A DNA stretch of 64,000 nucleotides from Squalus acanthias. Taxonomy: Eukaryota. The stretch is taken from the NCBI GenBank assembly GCA_030390025.1, contig CM059432.1, forward strand, positions 32,428,001 to 32,492,000. Direction: 5' to 3'. The translations under genes and the position numbers were made by a program. The notes beneath the pieces were generated by a model. The model had not been told where the DNA came from and made no database searches. It was given only the letters and a program-made list of their open reading frames with translations. This document shows, in pieces, positions 1 through 12,261 of this stretch; within the stretch, counting starts at the first letter, position 1, and every line of letters begins with the position of its first letter.

Positions 1-646
1 TATCATATTCTGATTGCTCCTCCCCAAGGGGCCTCACACAACAAGATTGCTAATCAATCCTTTCTCATTACATAATACCCAGTCTAAGATGGCCTGATCT
101 CTAGTTGGTTCCTCGACATATTGGTCCAGGAAACCATCCTGTATACACTCTAGGAATTCCTCCTCCACAGTATTGTTACTAATCTGGTTAGCCCAATCTA
201 TATGTAGATTAAAGTCACCCATGATAACTGCTGTGCCCTTATTGCATGTGTCTCTAATTTCCTGTTGAATGCCACCCCCAACCTCAGCATTACTGTTTGG
301 GGGTCTGTATACAACTCCCACTAACGTTTTCTGCCCCTTGGTATTTCTCAGCTCTACCCATACAGATTCCACATCATCAGAGCTAATATCCTTCCTTACT
401 ATTGTGTTAATCTCCTCTTTAACCAGCAATGCTACCCCACCTCCTTTTCCTTTTTGCCTGTCCTTCCTGAATATTGAATACCCCTGGATGTTGACTTCCC
501 AGCCTTGGTCACCCTGGAGCCATGTCTCCGTAATCCCAATTATATCATATCCGTTTACATCTATTTGCGCAGCTAATTCATCCACCTTATTATGAATGCT
601 CCTCGCATTAAGACACAAAGCCTTCAGGCTTGTTTTTTTAACACTC
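1..646 (-). mobile_element. CR1 LINE, ORF2 APE endonuclease region (continues off the window edge)
   Basis: ORF 34..675(-) has the APE motifs LNARS, ITETW, GGGVAL, VYRPP, MGDFN, LDWVLCN. Interrupted at 650 by a Harbinger element. Confidence 0.93.
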
Positions 647-1003
647 TTAGGGGTAGAAATTAGGTCGCGTCCCATTTGGGGCGCAAATATCGTCCGAGCG
701 CAAATATTAGCGCCTGGCGCTAATTATCGGCACTGACAGGAAACTTCACTTTTACTGCCCCGGGAGGTGAGTGTGAGCGCTAAATTAGGCGCTGCACACC
801 TCTCTTAAGGCGCAAGGCCTAGGAGTGAGGCCTACCTCAGCGCACGAGCGCAGCGCAGCTGCTGCCAGTTAGCGAGGGAACACAGACACACTGGCGCCGG
901 ACACTTCTTAAAGCGGGGGGGCCACTTGCTCCCAGCCACACCCTGCTCATTGCAGCCTTGAATCTCAGCCTGGAGAGACCTGTAATCCATTTTGCTGCCA
1001 AGC

Positions 1004-2040
1004 ATGGAGAGGGTGAGAAAACGCGCTCATCGCTTCACCGAGCGGGCCTTGGATGCTCTGGTTGACGCAGTGGAGCGCAGACGATGCATGCTGTTCCCGG
1101 AGAGTGGCAGGAGGCCTTTGCCACGCGAGTTCAGAAGAGTGTGGAGGGAGGTGGCTCAGAGCGTCTCCTCCAGGAGCATGGTGCCCAGGACCCATGTGCA
1201 GTGCCGCAAAAAGTTCAACGACCTCACTCGGGTCGTCAGGGTGAGTGGCTTTTTCTCAATACCTCTCCATCCCTCCATCTCAACCTCACTCTATGGCCAG
1301 AGGGTCTTAAAACCCCAATGCACAACACTCATCCAACACCTATGGCCCTTTCATCAAACACACACACACATTCACACTTTGCATACAGTAAGGGCTATTC
1401 ACCTATGGGAGGCACATCAGGCAAGACCATGGCTGCATATTGTAAGGGCTATTCACCTATGGGAGGCACATCAGGCAAGACCATGGCTGCATATTGTAAG
1501 GGCTATTCACCTATGGGAGGCACATCAGGCAAGACCATGGCTGTATATTTACTCAGATGCTGTCCTTTTTCTTGCAGGCTAAGCTGGCTCATAATCGGAG
1601 ACAGCAGCAACGGACGGGTGGAGGGCGGCTTCAGCTGCAACCCCTCAGCGATCTGGAGGAGCGCGTCCACAGGATTGTGGCAAGCCGGTGATCGGTCCCG
1701 TCGCCACTGGGGACGCCGACCCCGTTGTGGACAGCAATGGTAAGGTCATCACCTTTTTGTCCTCTGTCCTTCCACTTGTCCCTCACAATACCAGCCTTTG
1801 ACACTTTCAATCCAACTTGCTAACTCGCTGCACTTATTCCTCCCTTACTGCCACCCTGTCCTCACGCTAAAGCCACTCTTGTACCTCCCTGCTTTCAGAT
1901 GGTGATTCACCAGCTGAGAGGACGGGCCTGAAGCTGCCACTGGGAGTGATGCTGCAGCTGAGGAGGAAGAGGAAGCCGGAGCATCAGTGCCACCCTCTCC
2001 CGAGGAAGCCCATGGCCACACTGGGAACCCAGGAATTTGA
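1004..2040 (+). pseudogene. Harbinger Myb/SANT DNA-binding gene, 3 exons (1004-1240, 1578-1739, 1899-2040), frameshifted
   Basis: RFTERALDALV..W.EVA..V....RT..QCRKKFNDL, then GTGAGT donor. Exon 2 after TTGCAG reads AKLAHNRRQQQRTGGG. Frameshifts in exons 2 and 3. Confidence 0.8.
1381..1542 (+). repeat. 54-bp minisatellite, 3 near-identical copies
   Basis: Unit gcataYWgtaagggctattcacctatgggaggcacatcaggcaagaccatggct starts at 1381, 1435 and 1489. Confidence 0.95.
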
Positions 2041-2085
2041 ATCCCTCCCCCTTGCACCATTCTTCTAGCCACGTAGAAATAGAAA

Positions 2086-3345
2086 TATCCTTCTATTTCT
2101 ACTCTGACTAGTATGTGGCACTGGTAGCAATCCTGAGATTACTACCTTTGAGGTCCTATTTTTTAAATTTACCTCCTAACTCCCTATATTCAGCTTTTAG
2201 GACCTCATCCCGTTTTTTACCTATATCGTTGATACCAATATGCACCACAACAGCTGGCTGTTCACCCTCCCCCTCCAGAATGCCCTGCAGCCGCTCCGAG
2301 ACATCCTTGACCCTTGCACCAGGGAGGCAACATACCATCCTGGAGTCTCGTTTGCGGCCGCAGAAACGCTTATCTATTCCCCTTACAATAGAATCCCCTA
2401 TCACTATAGCTCTCCCGCTCTTTTTCCTCCCGTCCTGTGCAGCAGAACCACCCATGGTGCCAGGAAGTTGGCTACTTCTGCCTTACCCCATCTCCCCCGA
2501 CAATATCCAAAGCGGTATATCTGTTTGAGAGGGGGGTGGCCACAGGGGACCCCTGCACTACCTCCCTGCACCTACTACTCTGCCTGGCGGTCACCCATTC
2601 CCTTCCTGCCTGTGCAGCCTTTACCTGTGGTGTGACCAACTCCCTAAACGTGCTATCCACGATGTCCTCAGCATTGCGAATGCTCCAGTATGTATCCATT
2701 CGCAGCTCCAGTGCCGCGATGCGGTCTGCCAGTAGCTGCAGCTGGATATACTTCCCGCACACATGGTCGTCAGGGACACAGGAAGTGTCGCTGATTTTCC
2801 ACATAGTGCAGGAGAAGCATGCCACGGGGCCGAGCTGTGCTGCCATGACTTACCCTTTAATTAATTCAAATTAAATTAAATCAAATCAATACCACTAATT
2901 ACACTACAATTAAATTATATACTCAAGGGCCCTTGTTTACTAACACTCCCCGCTACACAACAGAGACCCTAGAAACTATAAATCACAAAATTTAAGTTTG
3001 GATAAAAGCGAGAAAGAGAGAAATACTCACCGACCAATCACTTACCTGCTTTCTGGTGACGTCACACTTCGATTAATTTTTACTTCTCTCTCTCCCCGCT
3101 CCTTAAATCCTCGGTCTCTGCGCTCAGTCTCCACCCAGGGCCACTCTCGCTGCTGCCACCGGTGAGTCTGGGCTGCTGTCTCTCTCTCCGCTCCTTAAAT
3201 CCTCAGTCTCTGCGCTCAGTCTCCACCCAGGGCCACTCTCGCTGCTGCCACCGGTGAGTCTGGGCCTCTCTCTCTCTCCCCGCTCCTTAAATCCTCAGTC
3301 TCTGCACTTAGTCTCCACCCAGGGCTGCTCTCGCTGCTGCTGCCG
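2086..3345 (-). mobile_element. CR1 LINE ORF1 (zinc finger/leucine zipper plus SGNH esterase) and 5'UTR
   Basis: ORF 2472..2846(-) CFSCTMW..DHVCGK..LQLLADRIAALE and ORF 2156..2455(-) IVIGDSIVRG..CLPGA..HIGIND. Confidence 0.9.
3085..3345. repeat. ~92-bp tandem repeat (about 2.8 copies) in the CR1 5' region
   Basis: cgctccttaaatcctc recurs near 3096, 3189 and 3281. Confidence 0.9.
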
Positions 3346-4799
3346 GTGTTAAGCATCGCCTGGATGGAGCACAGAGAGGAAAATCATATGGGGAGGATTG
3401 CATGCCTATTACTGACCCTACCGGATTTTCTCTCCATTAATTTAAATGGAGGAAAAACCAGGCAGGAACCCTCCTCCGCAAGTCTTTCCTTTCTATACTC
3501 CGTCCAGACAGTGCTTCAAGCCCAGGTGGTGAAGGGGAAAAACTACCCCTGTATCGCTCAGAGACTTTTCAAAGAACTTCATGTGCAATTAATTATTTTG
3601 AAGTGTAGAGACCATTATTATGTGAGGCTTTGTTAGGAATGTGAATTTTTATAATATTACTGTTCCCAAGAATGAATCCACGCACAGTCAGACCCTTGAA
3701 GGTTTATTACGTGTTAAATTAACCTGAACATACTAACCACCAACAACCTGATGTTACATAGGGTGCCGTCGTAGAAGAATAATCCGTTACAGGCAGCTGA
3801 GCACAGCTTTACACTTCCTTTTGTGATCATGATCTCACTTCTTTTATACTATTTCTGAGCTGTTCTAATCCATAGCCTTTCACATACTTAACTCTTTATC
3901 CACTTTCGGTACCATCCCATATAAAATGTCTGAGGTGCATATGTTCCCAAAGTTGCACACAAAGGACTAATATTTTGGTTAGAAAGGCCAGAGTCTCCAG
4001 TTGGGGGTAATAAGGTGAATCTAAATGTAAACATGTGCCAGCTGCCCTTAGAGACTGCTGTAATAACCTTTGGTACAGATACACTGTCGGTCCTTCAATT
4101 TTAGAGTTTTTAAACTACAGAAATAATCTAAGAAAATGGAATATAAGTAATTATTTTGTGTAAAATGGTTTCCCTTACTATTTCTCAATCTTCATCTTTA
4201 ACTGCTTCTCTCAGAGCACTGGGTTGCTATTGCGATCTGTAGTGGAGCGTATTGTGCATGATGTCTGGAGGGAGCATGTTTATTCCATGCTTTTTCATAT
4301 TCTGATTCAAATGCTCCTGATATTCATATCACAGCCTATCGTTAAGGAGCAAGAGAAGCATATCTTCACTTCCTCTGAAAAGCAAACAACTATGAGAAAG
4401 CTCAAATATCTTCAGGCCATAAATAAGTTGTGATGGAAAAGGAACATTAGCCTCCCCTGCATATCTTTACACCTCCCTTTAGCCTGCCAAGAGTAACTTT
4501 CAAAACACCTTATTTTGGGTTACTATAGATACCTCGGAGGGTATATGTTGCTCCTTCCGCATAGAAAACAGCTGGGGATTTTCAGATTTAATTTGAGTAA
4601 TGTTAGAACAATTGAAAAGCAGGAACCACCTCGATTACCATTATAAAAGGAGGTGTAATGTGTCACTATAATGGACATAAATGTTATTGGGACATTCCAC
4701 CAGACAAAAGCCAAATTACCGTAGTTATGGAAGCTCCACCTGGACTCTTGAAAAGGGAAGGGGTTCTTAAGAAACTAGTTATCTGGTAGAGCTAAAGAA

Positions 4800-5360
4800 C
4801 TATAAAAATCTGGAACTCTCTCCCCAAATCTGGAACTCTCTCCCCCAAAAGGCTATGGATGCTGGGTCAATTGAAACTTTTGTTATTTTGTTAGGTAAGG
4901 ATCTCAAAGGATATGAAGCAAAGGTGGGTAAATGGGGTTGAGGTACAGGTCAGCCATGATCTAATTGAATGGCGGAATGGGTTCGAGGGACTGAATGGCC
5001 TACTCCTGTTTCCATGTTCCTATATTCCTATAGATGTTTACAGCACAGATGAAGGCCATTTGGCCTATCGTGTCTATTCCAACTCTTTCTTAGAGCAATC
5101 AAAATCTAAACCTATTGCCCTACAGTCTCTCCACAGACCTGCATCTTCCTCTATTCCAAATATTTATTTATCTAACCCTTAAAAGATGCAATGGTGTCTA
5201 CCTCAACTATCTCCTGTGGCAAAACATCCTATGCTCTAACAACTCTCTACAAAAAGAAATTCCTCCTAATCTTCTCCTCACTCTTTTAGTGACAAATTTT
5301 AATGACTCCTTGTCACTGACTACCCAACCAGAGGAAATAATCTTTCCCTATTCACCCTGG
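4800..5360. mobile_element. Two tail-to-tail CR1 3' fragments (+ then -)
   Basis: WNSLP-type coding remnants and the CR1 3'UTR motif gaatggcctactcctg. Confidence 0.7.
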
Positions 5361-5646
5361 TAGTTGGCACTGGTGGCTCTTGATTTGATTGACAACTCTT
5401 TAGGATATTTATGCAAACAGACCAGGCCTCTCCTCCTCTTTGCCCCTTAGCCCTTCATCATTCAGGACTGAGTCTTCTTCTGTCTCCCTGTTTAGAACTG
5501 ATAGAACTGTGGTGAAGGTAACTGTACAATAGTGTGAGCGTATATGGTTATAAATTGTACTTGCCTGTAATGTGCTGTAACTCTAATATTTTTGGTTGTA
5601 CAGAGTGAGCCCTGTTCTGTTGGTAGGAGGCAAAATAGAATTATTG

Positions 5647-5825
5647 GGGTCATTTTAACTTTTGGTTTTAGTGTAAAATGGGTGAAATTGGTTGGGCCGC
5701 TCACTATACACCATTCCTGATTTTCCTTGATTTCATGATGGAAAGGAAAATCGGGGATGGTGTATAATGGGCGGCTAATTCGATATTGCTTGTTTTACAC
5801 CAATGCACAAAGATCAAATTAGCCC
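5647..5825. mobile_element. Short palindromic MITE
   Basis: Degenerate termini ggggtcattttaac...aaattagccc with inverted gtgtaaaa/ttttacac. Same family as 27695-27877. Confidence 0.6.
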
Positions 5826-7332
5826 ATTATGTTGTGTGTTTCATTATCCATTGCTTTCTGTAATAATGTCAGAAAGTATTTATTTATATAGAGAGTGATC
5901 AACAACTCAAATGGATAGCTAGGATGGGTAGTTCAGGCCAGGTCACTGAACTCATTTAAAACACAGCTGGATGCTGTAATGGGAAGATAGTACGCTGGTA
6001 TTCTAGAAGAATAGGATCAACTGGATTGAACTGATACTGTGTTACATTTCTTTTCTCTTACATTCCACATGATTGGAAGAAATGAGTAAGGAGCTCTGGT
6101 CTGTGAGGTAGAACATTCAGCGAGATGAAGCCAGGACCTTCACTACACTAGATGAAGAGCCTATTGCAGGACACAATCAGGGTTGAAAAGAGTAGGAGAA
6201 AAGCAAGATAAATCAATACGTTGTTGGTTAGGTAACACAAAACTTGAGTTTTAAAAGCCTGTAGATTACTGGACGACTGAGGGAGATAAGGAGTTCCATA
6301 GTTTAGATGTTGTGTCAAAGGCCATGGTAATACAGCTATCTGGAGACTTGTCCCTCTCTTACAAAGTGCAAAAAAGAATGAGTGCTTAAATTATAGATAA
6401 TATAATCCTTTAATCTGAGAGATGAATTACCCATTAGCAAGATTGTTCCTTATCCAGCCTTCATGTATGATGATGTCACCAACATGTCTGTAATACTCAT
6501 TCCCATCAACCCAATCTGGGTTGTGTTTACCAAGAGCCACACGGTAGAATGCTCCATCATCACTGGGGAAAGAATTAGGGAGAAGCATTATGACCTCTGA
6601 GAAACTGATGTCCCCATAACAAATTCATCCCGCATTCATCAAAAATTGGTTTGAGAAAGAAGAAAGCAAAACATGGATGCCTGGACCATAGCAGACAACT
6701 TTATTCCCCTCTCATCTTACATAAGCATCATCAAGTTAACAATAGTCAGCACGTGGGCACTTGTTGGTTAATGAGGTGGGCCAGTCTGAACTGGGTACAT
6801 ATAATACATTTCTTTGCTATCTAGTAAATTACCTGAACCTAAATTTTCTTGATGCATTTTTCTCTTATATGGCTGTACAGGAAAACAATCAAAAAAATAC
6901 ATATACAATGATGACTTAAGTCATGATACATTCTACCTGTATGACAGCTTACAGGATCATACTCTTGTGTATTGAGTCAAGTTATTTATACAATGAGAAC
7001 AACTATAAGCAATAGGAAAGACTGTTTTACATGGTCGAGTCTGGTCCATTCTGTCTGGTTTTATCTGAGGTTGATTAGTTTGATCCAGCCAGACCTTGGC
7101 TAACTTGTTCCAGTTGGACCGACCTGGTATAGCTTGCTCTAATTATGCCTATCCTTCATCTGATCTATGCTGGTCTGGTCTGTCCTGATTTGGTTATCTG
7201 GTATGTCGTGGTTTGGTCTGTTGTGATCTGGTTTGACCTGCTGTTGCTGTACTGATCTACAGTACTTACAAGTCCACACAATGTGCAGCTGTCATCATCC
7301 ATCAAGGAGCAATCAAAGTTCCACCACAGGTA

Positions 7333-7805
7333 GGATTCCTGGGATGGGGGGATTGTTCTATGAGGAGAGATTGAGTAGACTAGGCCTATATTCTCTGGCA
7401 TTTAGAAGAATGAGAGGTGATCTCATTGAAACATACAAAATTCTTACAGGGATTGACAGGGTAGATGCAGGGAGGATGTTTCACCTGGCTGGAGAGTCTA
7501 GAACCAGGGGTCACAGTCTCAGAATAAGGGGTTGGCCATTTAGGACTGAGATGAGGAGAAATGTCTTCACTCAGAGGGTGGAGAATCTTTGGAATTCTCT
7601 ACCCCAGAGGGCTGTGGAGGCTCAGTCGTTGAGTATATTCAAGACAGAGATCGATAGATTTTTGGATATTAAGGGAATCAAGGGATATGGGGATAGAGCA
7701 GGCAAGTGGAGTTGAGGTAGAAGATCAGCCATGATCTTATTGAATGGCGGAGCAGGCTCGAGGGCCGAATGGCCTACTCCTGCTCCTATTTCTTATGTTC
7801 TGATG
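7333..7805 (+). mobile_element. CR1 LINE 3' end
   Basis: YEERLSRLGLYSL..RRMRGDLIETYKI..RTRGH..WNSLP, followed by the CR1 3'UTR. Confidence 0.92.
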
Positions 7806-7897
7806 TATTGCCCCAGCCTCCTGCATTAGAGTAAGTATACTGCAAAGCAATCTGTGGAAATAACAATAAAAGAACCAAGTCACTCAGCTTCTATTCA

Positions 7898-8252
7898 CCA
7901 GGACTTCCCAAGTGCTTCACTGCCAACGAATAATTTTTGAAGCGTAGTCACAATTATAATGTAAGAAAATGCAGCAGCCAATTTGCACACAGCAAAGTCA
8001 AAAGATCCCATGGCACTATTTTGAAGAAGAGCAGGGGAGTTCTCCCCGGTGTCCTGGCCAATATTTATCCCTTAACCAACATCACTAAAACAGATTATCT
8101 GGTCATCATCACATTGCTGTTTGTGGGACCTTGCTGTGCGCAAATTGGCTGCTGCGTTTCCCTATGTTACAACAGTGACTACACTTCAAAAAGTACGTCA
8201 TTGGCTATAAAACGTCCTAACGTCATGAAAAGTGCAATTTAAATGTAAATTC
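7898..8252. mobile_element. DeuSINE fragments joined in inverted orientation
   Basis: A minus-strand tail piece (7898-7997) abuts a plus-strand Deu-domain and tail piece (7998-8252). Confidence 0.75.
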
Positions 8253-8350
8253 TGTAAATACAGGCTGCTAGACAATTTGGACGTGGCAAGGAAAAGAGGT
8301 TACTTGTGTCGAATGAATATAATGCAAGTAAAAAAAATCTTTGACACACT

Positions 8351-8847
8351 GGCGTAGAAATTTGTCGGCGCCCAATTTTGGGGTGAAGGTGGGCTGCCTG
8401 CCTCGCCAACAGTGGCCCTCAAATAAGTGTGGATGGGGGTGGGGGTGATCACGGGTCAGCAGATGCCCTCAAGAGGGCTATGGAACCGGGAGGAGCGTTC
8501 CTGCTCCTTCTGGCTCCACAAGAACGTTTTTTAAATTAATTATGTTAATAAAAACTCACCTTTCATTGGTGGCTGCTGCTTAGGCTGTAGCAGCCACTGA
8601 AGAATCCTTTGTGGGTCAGGTCCAATTCCTGACCTGCTTATTGCAGACCAATTTCAGCACAGGGGCTTACAACAAACGTTAGACCCCTCATTTACATATG
8701 TCAGGGACCTAACGCCTGTTTTAGGCGGCTGTCAAGGATGCTTGAAAAATGGTCCAACCAAATTTTGGATCGAATATTGTTCAGGCAGCCTTGGGGTGCA
8801 GGACATTGGTCCTCGAAATTAGATCTCATTGCACCCAATTTCTACCC
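8351..8847. mobile_element. Harbinger-type MITE
   Basis: Termini ggcgtagaaattt ... aatttctaccc. Confidence 0.65.
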
Positions 8848-8968
8848 AAATTTTTAAAAGCATTAGTTGATCTCCCAAGGCATTACTCAAAGACAAATGT
8901 TAAAGTAAAATATTTTTGAATTGAGTTGACATCTCTGAATAAACATGGCCAGATTATCCAAGGACCCA

Positions 8969-10570
8969 GGGTGTGACCCAGGGTCAGCCTAACAACTGTC
9001 ATTGGGAAAATGCTGGAATCCATTATTAAGGAAGTAATAGCAGGACGTTTAGAAAATCATAATACAATCAAGGTAGTTAACAGGCAGTTTTTTGGATAAT
9101 CCCTATTTTAAAAGGTGAAATGTGGGCTTCCCGACAGGTGGCAACCACGCCAAGTTATCGGGGCGGACCGTGGGTCTGCAGGGGTTGGAGGGGTCGATAT
9201 GTCCGGTGGGCAGGTGAGTGATGGGTGCATGTGTGCAGAGGTAAGTGTGTAAGGTAAGTGCTAAGTGTGGGAAAAAGTTTTACTTACCTTAACTTCCTCC
9301 TGCAGGTGTCAGCCCTTCAGTTCTCGGGAGTCAGAAATCTCACCAGCACAGAAAGCAGAAAAGCCGTGGTCCTGTCAAAAACTGCAGCCTTCTGTTTTCT
9401 GTGGTGGAATGATTTCTAACTCAGCCTGAGAGGAAGGACTCAAGTTAGAAATCATATTGTCAGTGTTTGACAGCTTCACAGAGCTGTCAAACGTTAATAT
9501 TTCATCTATCAAAAGCTCTTGACAGATGAAATGTCAATCTGTGACGTCACCTGTTGCCGGGTGGTCCTTAATTGGCCTGCTGAGCCCACTGGGCGGGCTC
9601 AACAAGGTCAATCAAGGGAAAATACAGTGGGTTGGCCACATCTCGATGGAGGCGGGTTTACAAGCCAAAATGTGGGATTCACGACACCAACCCGACCTGA
9701 GTATCAAAATCCAGCCCAAAGAGTCTGCAACGGGATATAGATAGGTTAAGTGAGTAGGCAAAAATTTGGCAGATGGAGTATAATGTGGGAAAATGTGAGG
9801 TTATCCACTTTGGTAGGAAGAATAAAAAAGCAAATTATTATTTAAATGGAGAGAGACTACAGAATGCTGCGGTACAGAGGGATCTGGATGTCCTCGTACA
9901 TGAAACACAAAAAGTTAGCATGCAGGTACAGCAAGTAATTAGAAAGGCAAATTGAATGCTGGCCCTTATTGCAAGGGAGATGGAGTATAAAAGTAGGGAA
10001 GTCTTGCTACAACTGTACAGGGCATTGGTGAGACCACACCTGGAGTACTGCATGCAGTTTTGGTCTCCTTATTTAAGGAGTAATATACTTGCATTGGAGG
10101 CAGTTCAGAGAAGGTTTACTAGGTTAATTCCTGAGATGAAGAGGTTGTCTTTTATGAAGAAAGGTTGAGCAGGTTGGGCCTATATTCATTGGAGTTTAGA
10201 AGAATGAGAGGTGATCTTATTGAAACATATAAGATTCTGAGGGGGCTTGACAGGGTAGATGCAGGGAGGATGTTTCCCCTCGTGGGGGAATCTAGAACTA
10301 GGGGGCATAGTTTCAGAATAAGGGGTCGCCCATTTAAAACGGAGGGTCGTGAATCTTTGGAATTCTCTCCCCCAGAGAGCTGTGGAGGCGGAGTCATTGA
10401 ATATATTCAAGGCGGAGATAGACAGATATTTGAGCTACAGGGGAGTCAATGGTTATGGGGAGCGGGCGGGAAAGTGAAGTTGATGCCAAGATCAGATCAG
10501 CCATGATCTTATTGAATGGCGGAGCAGGCTCGAGGGGCCAAATGGCTCCTTTTTCTTATGTTCTTATGTG
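8969..10570 (+). mobile_element. CR1 LINE RT 3' half, interrupted by a TIR element
   Basis: ORFs 9773, 9956 and 10165 give KCEVIHFG, LVRPHLEYC and RRMRGDLIE. Ends in a (ttcttatg)n tail. Confidence 0.9.
9071..9717 (-). mobile_element. Truncated non-autonomous TIR transposon, near-identical inverted copy of 46718-47570
   Basis: Reverse complement of ~46718-47365. Ends aaaatccagccc. Confidence 0.85.
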
Positions 10571-11739
10571 ACCAGTCCCAAACTTCAACTCAGTTAAATT
10601 TCAGTTAGACTGTGATGTTCTTAAAATGTTAAGTAGTTTACTTAAGTTAAAATTTCAGTTTCAGTTAAAATGATTTAAAATTAATGAAAGTTGCTTAAAC
10701 TTTGAGTTGGTGGGGAATTTGCAATAGCTGCCTTCTGTATTTATTGCAGAATGCAATCACAGCTCGCAAGAGGATGCTTTGCCCCAATTGATCCACTTCT
10801 GATGGAGGTGTCAGACAGCTTCAATCGGCTGTTCGCACTGTTAACAATTACGAGAGTGCAGCCCCGCCACCTTCAGTCATCCCCCCCATGGCCTCTCGAA
10901 CTCCTGCAAGCCCATCTTGCCACCTTGTTGAGCCCCACGTCTGTAAAGAACTTTTTTAAATTTTTTAATTGGTGACACCAACGTGCCCACTATATTTACT
11001 TTATTCCATTAAGTATCTTATATGCGTGGTCATCTCTGATATGTCTCCTTCCAAGGCTGAAGATCATAGCTTATTTATTCTTCATTGCTCATCCTACCGA
11101 CACCAGAGATCATAGAATGGCACAGCACAGAAGGAGGCCATTCAGCCCATCGTGCCTGTGCTGGCTCTTTGAAAAACCTATTAGATCAGCCTTGTTGCTC
11201 TCCTGCAATGTGTCTGGGACATATGCATCCCTTGACCTCGATTTTAACTCCCCCCACTTGGCAGAAACCAGGTGGGGGGGGGGGGGAGGAGGCAGTTAAA
11301 AAGAAGCCGGGGACGTGCCTTTCCCACCCCGATCTGACTAACTGACTTAAATGGAAAGGAAAATCAGACAGGCGGCCAATCCAATATTGCCCATTTTACA
11401 CTGTCATCCAAAGTTTAAATAACCACCAGTATGATAACGATGAGCAAGAATTGAGACTGCATCACACACACACTCACCCGTTTACCTACCTGCCAAGGCC
11501 AGCTGTGATGAACTGCCTCCTCTCCACCTATAACCCTTTCATGTAGAGTTTTGTCATGTTGGGCTGGGGCTGCAGAAATTGCTCCTTGTTTGGAAAATAC
11601 AATTAATTAGAAAACAGAGTTAATCATTTATTGTTCTAGTCATTCCATTAATTGAGTCAGATCGAGTTGATTTGAATTTGTAAAAGAGAGTGGTTTATTG
11701 GCTGCAAAGAAAATCATTTGCTGAAGTTTCTCTGCTTAT

Positions 11740-12050
11740 TATCAACGTATTTAAAATGATAAAAGTATTTGATAGGCTAGATATAGAGAAACTATTTACT
11801 CTGGTGGGGGAATCCAGAACAAAAGGAACACATCTTAAAATTAGGGCTAGCCCTTTTAGAAGTGAAATCAGGATGCACTTTTTCACACATAGGGTAGTTG
11901 AAGTCTGGTACTCTCCCCCAAAAGGCTGTGGATGCTGGGAGTCAAGTTAAATTTTCAAGACTGAGATTGATAGAGTTTTCTAAGGGTATCAAAGGATATG
12001 GAGCTAAGGCAGGTAAATGGAGTTGAGGTACAGACCAGCCATGATCTAAG
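11740..12050 (+). mobile_element. CR1 3' fragment
   Basis: FKMIKVFDRLD..LF.LVGESRTKG remnant plus 3'UTR. Confidence 0.75.
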
Positions 12051-12261
12051 TCAGGGGTCTCAAACATATGGCTCGGGGAACAGTTTCATCTGGCCCGTGG
12101 TGCTTTATTTTACGGTAGAGATGTTTAGGGAGGGAATTCCAGAGCTTAGGGCCTAGACGGTTGAAGACACAGCTGCCAATGGTGAGAGGGGGAGGCGGGG
12201 GGGTGGTGGGGGGGGAGCAAAGGAAGTGGGAGATTCACAGAGAACAGAGAACACACTCCCT

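Larger units (their letters stand above)
650..2072 (+). mobile_element. PIF/Harbinger transposon left part, carrying a spliced Myb/SANT-like gene (right end deleted)
   Basis: TTA|GGGGTAGAAATT terminus at 650. The first ~280 bp match the MITE at 21154. Contains a Myb/SANT ORF. Confidence 0.85.

Noticed and set aside
1381..1542. Regular repeats resembling a CRISPR array (also 3085-3345)
   Set aside because: Head-to-tail units with no unique spacers, in eukaryotic DNA with no cas genes.
3631..4790. Possible short LTR (3631-3813, TG..CA) with a purine tract and retroviral internal remnant on the minus strand
   Set aside because: No TSD, partner LTR or recognisable gag/pol/env motif. Left uncalled.
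7030..7260. Loose (ctggt)-rich low-complexity tract
   Set aside because: No consistent period, ORF or structure that could be supported.
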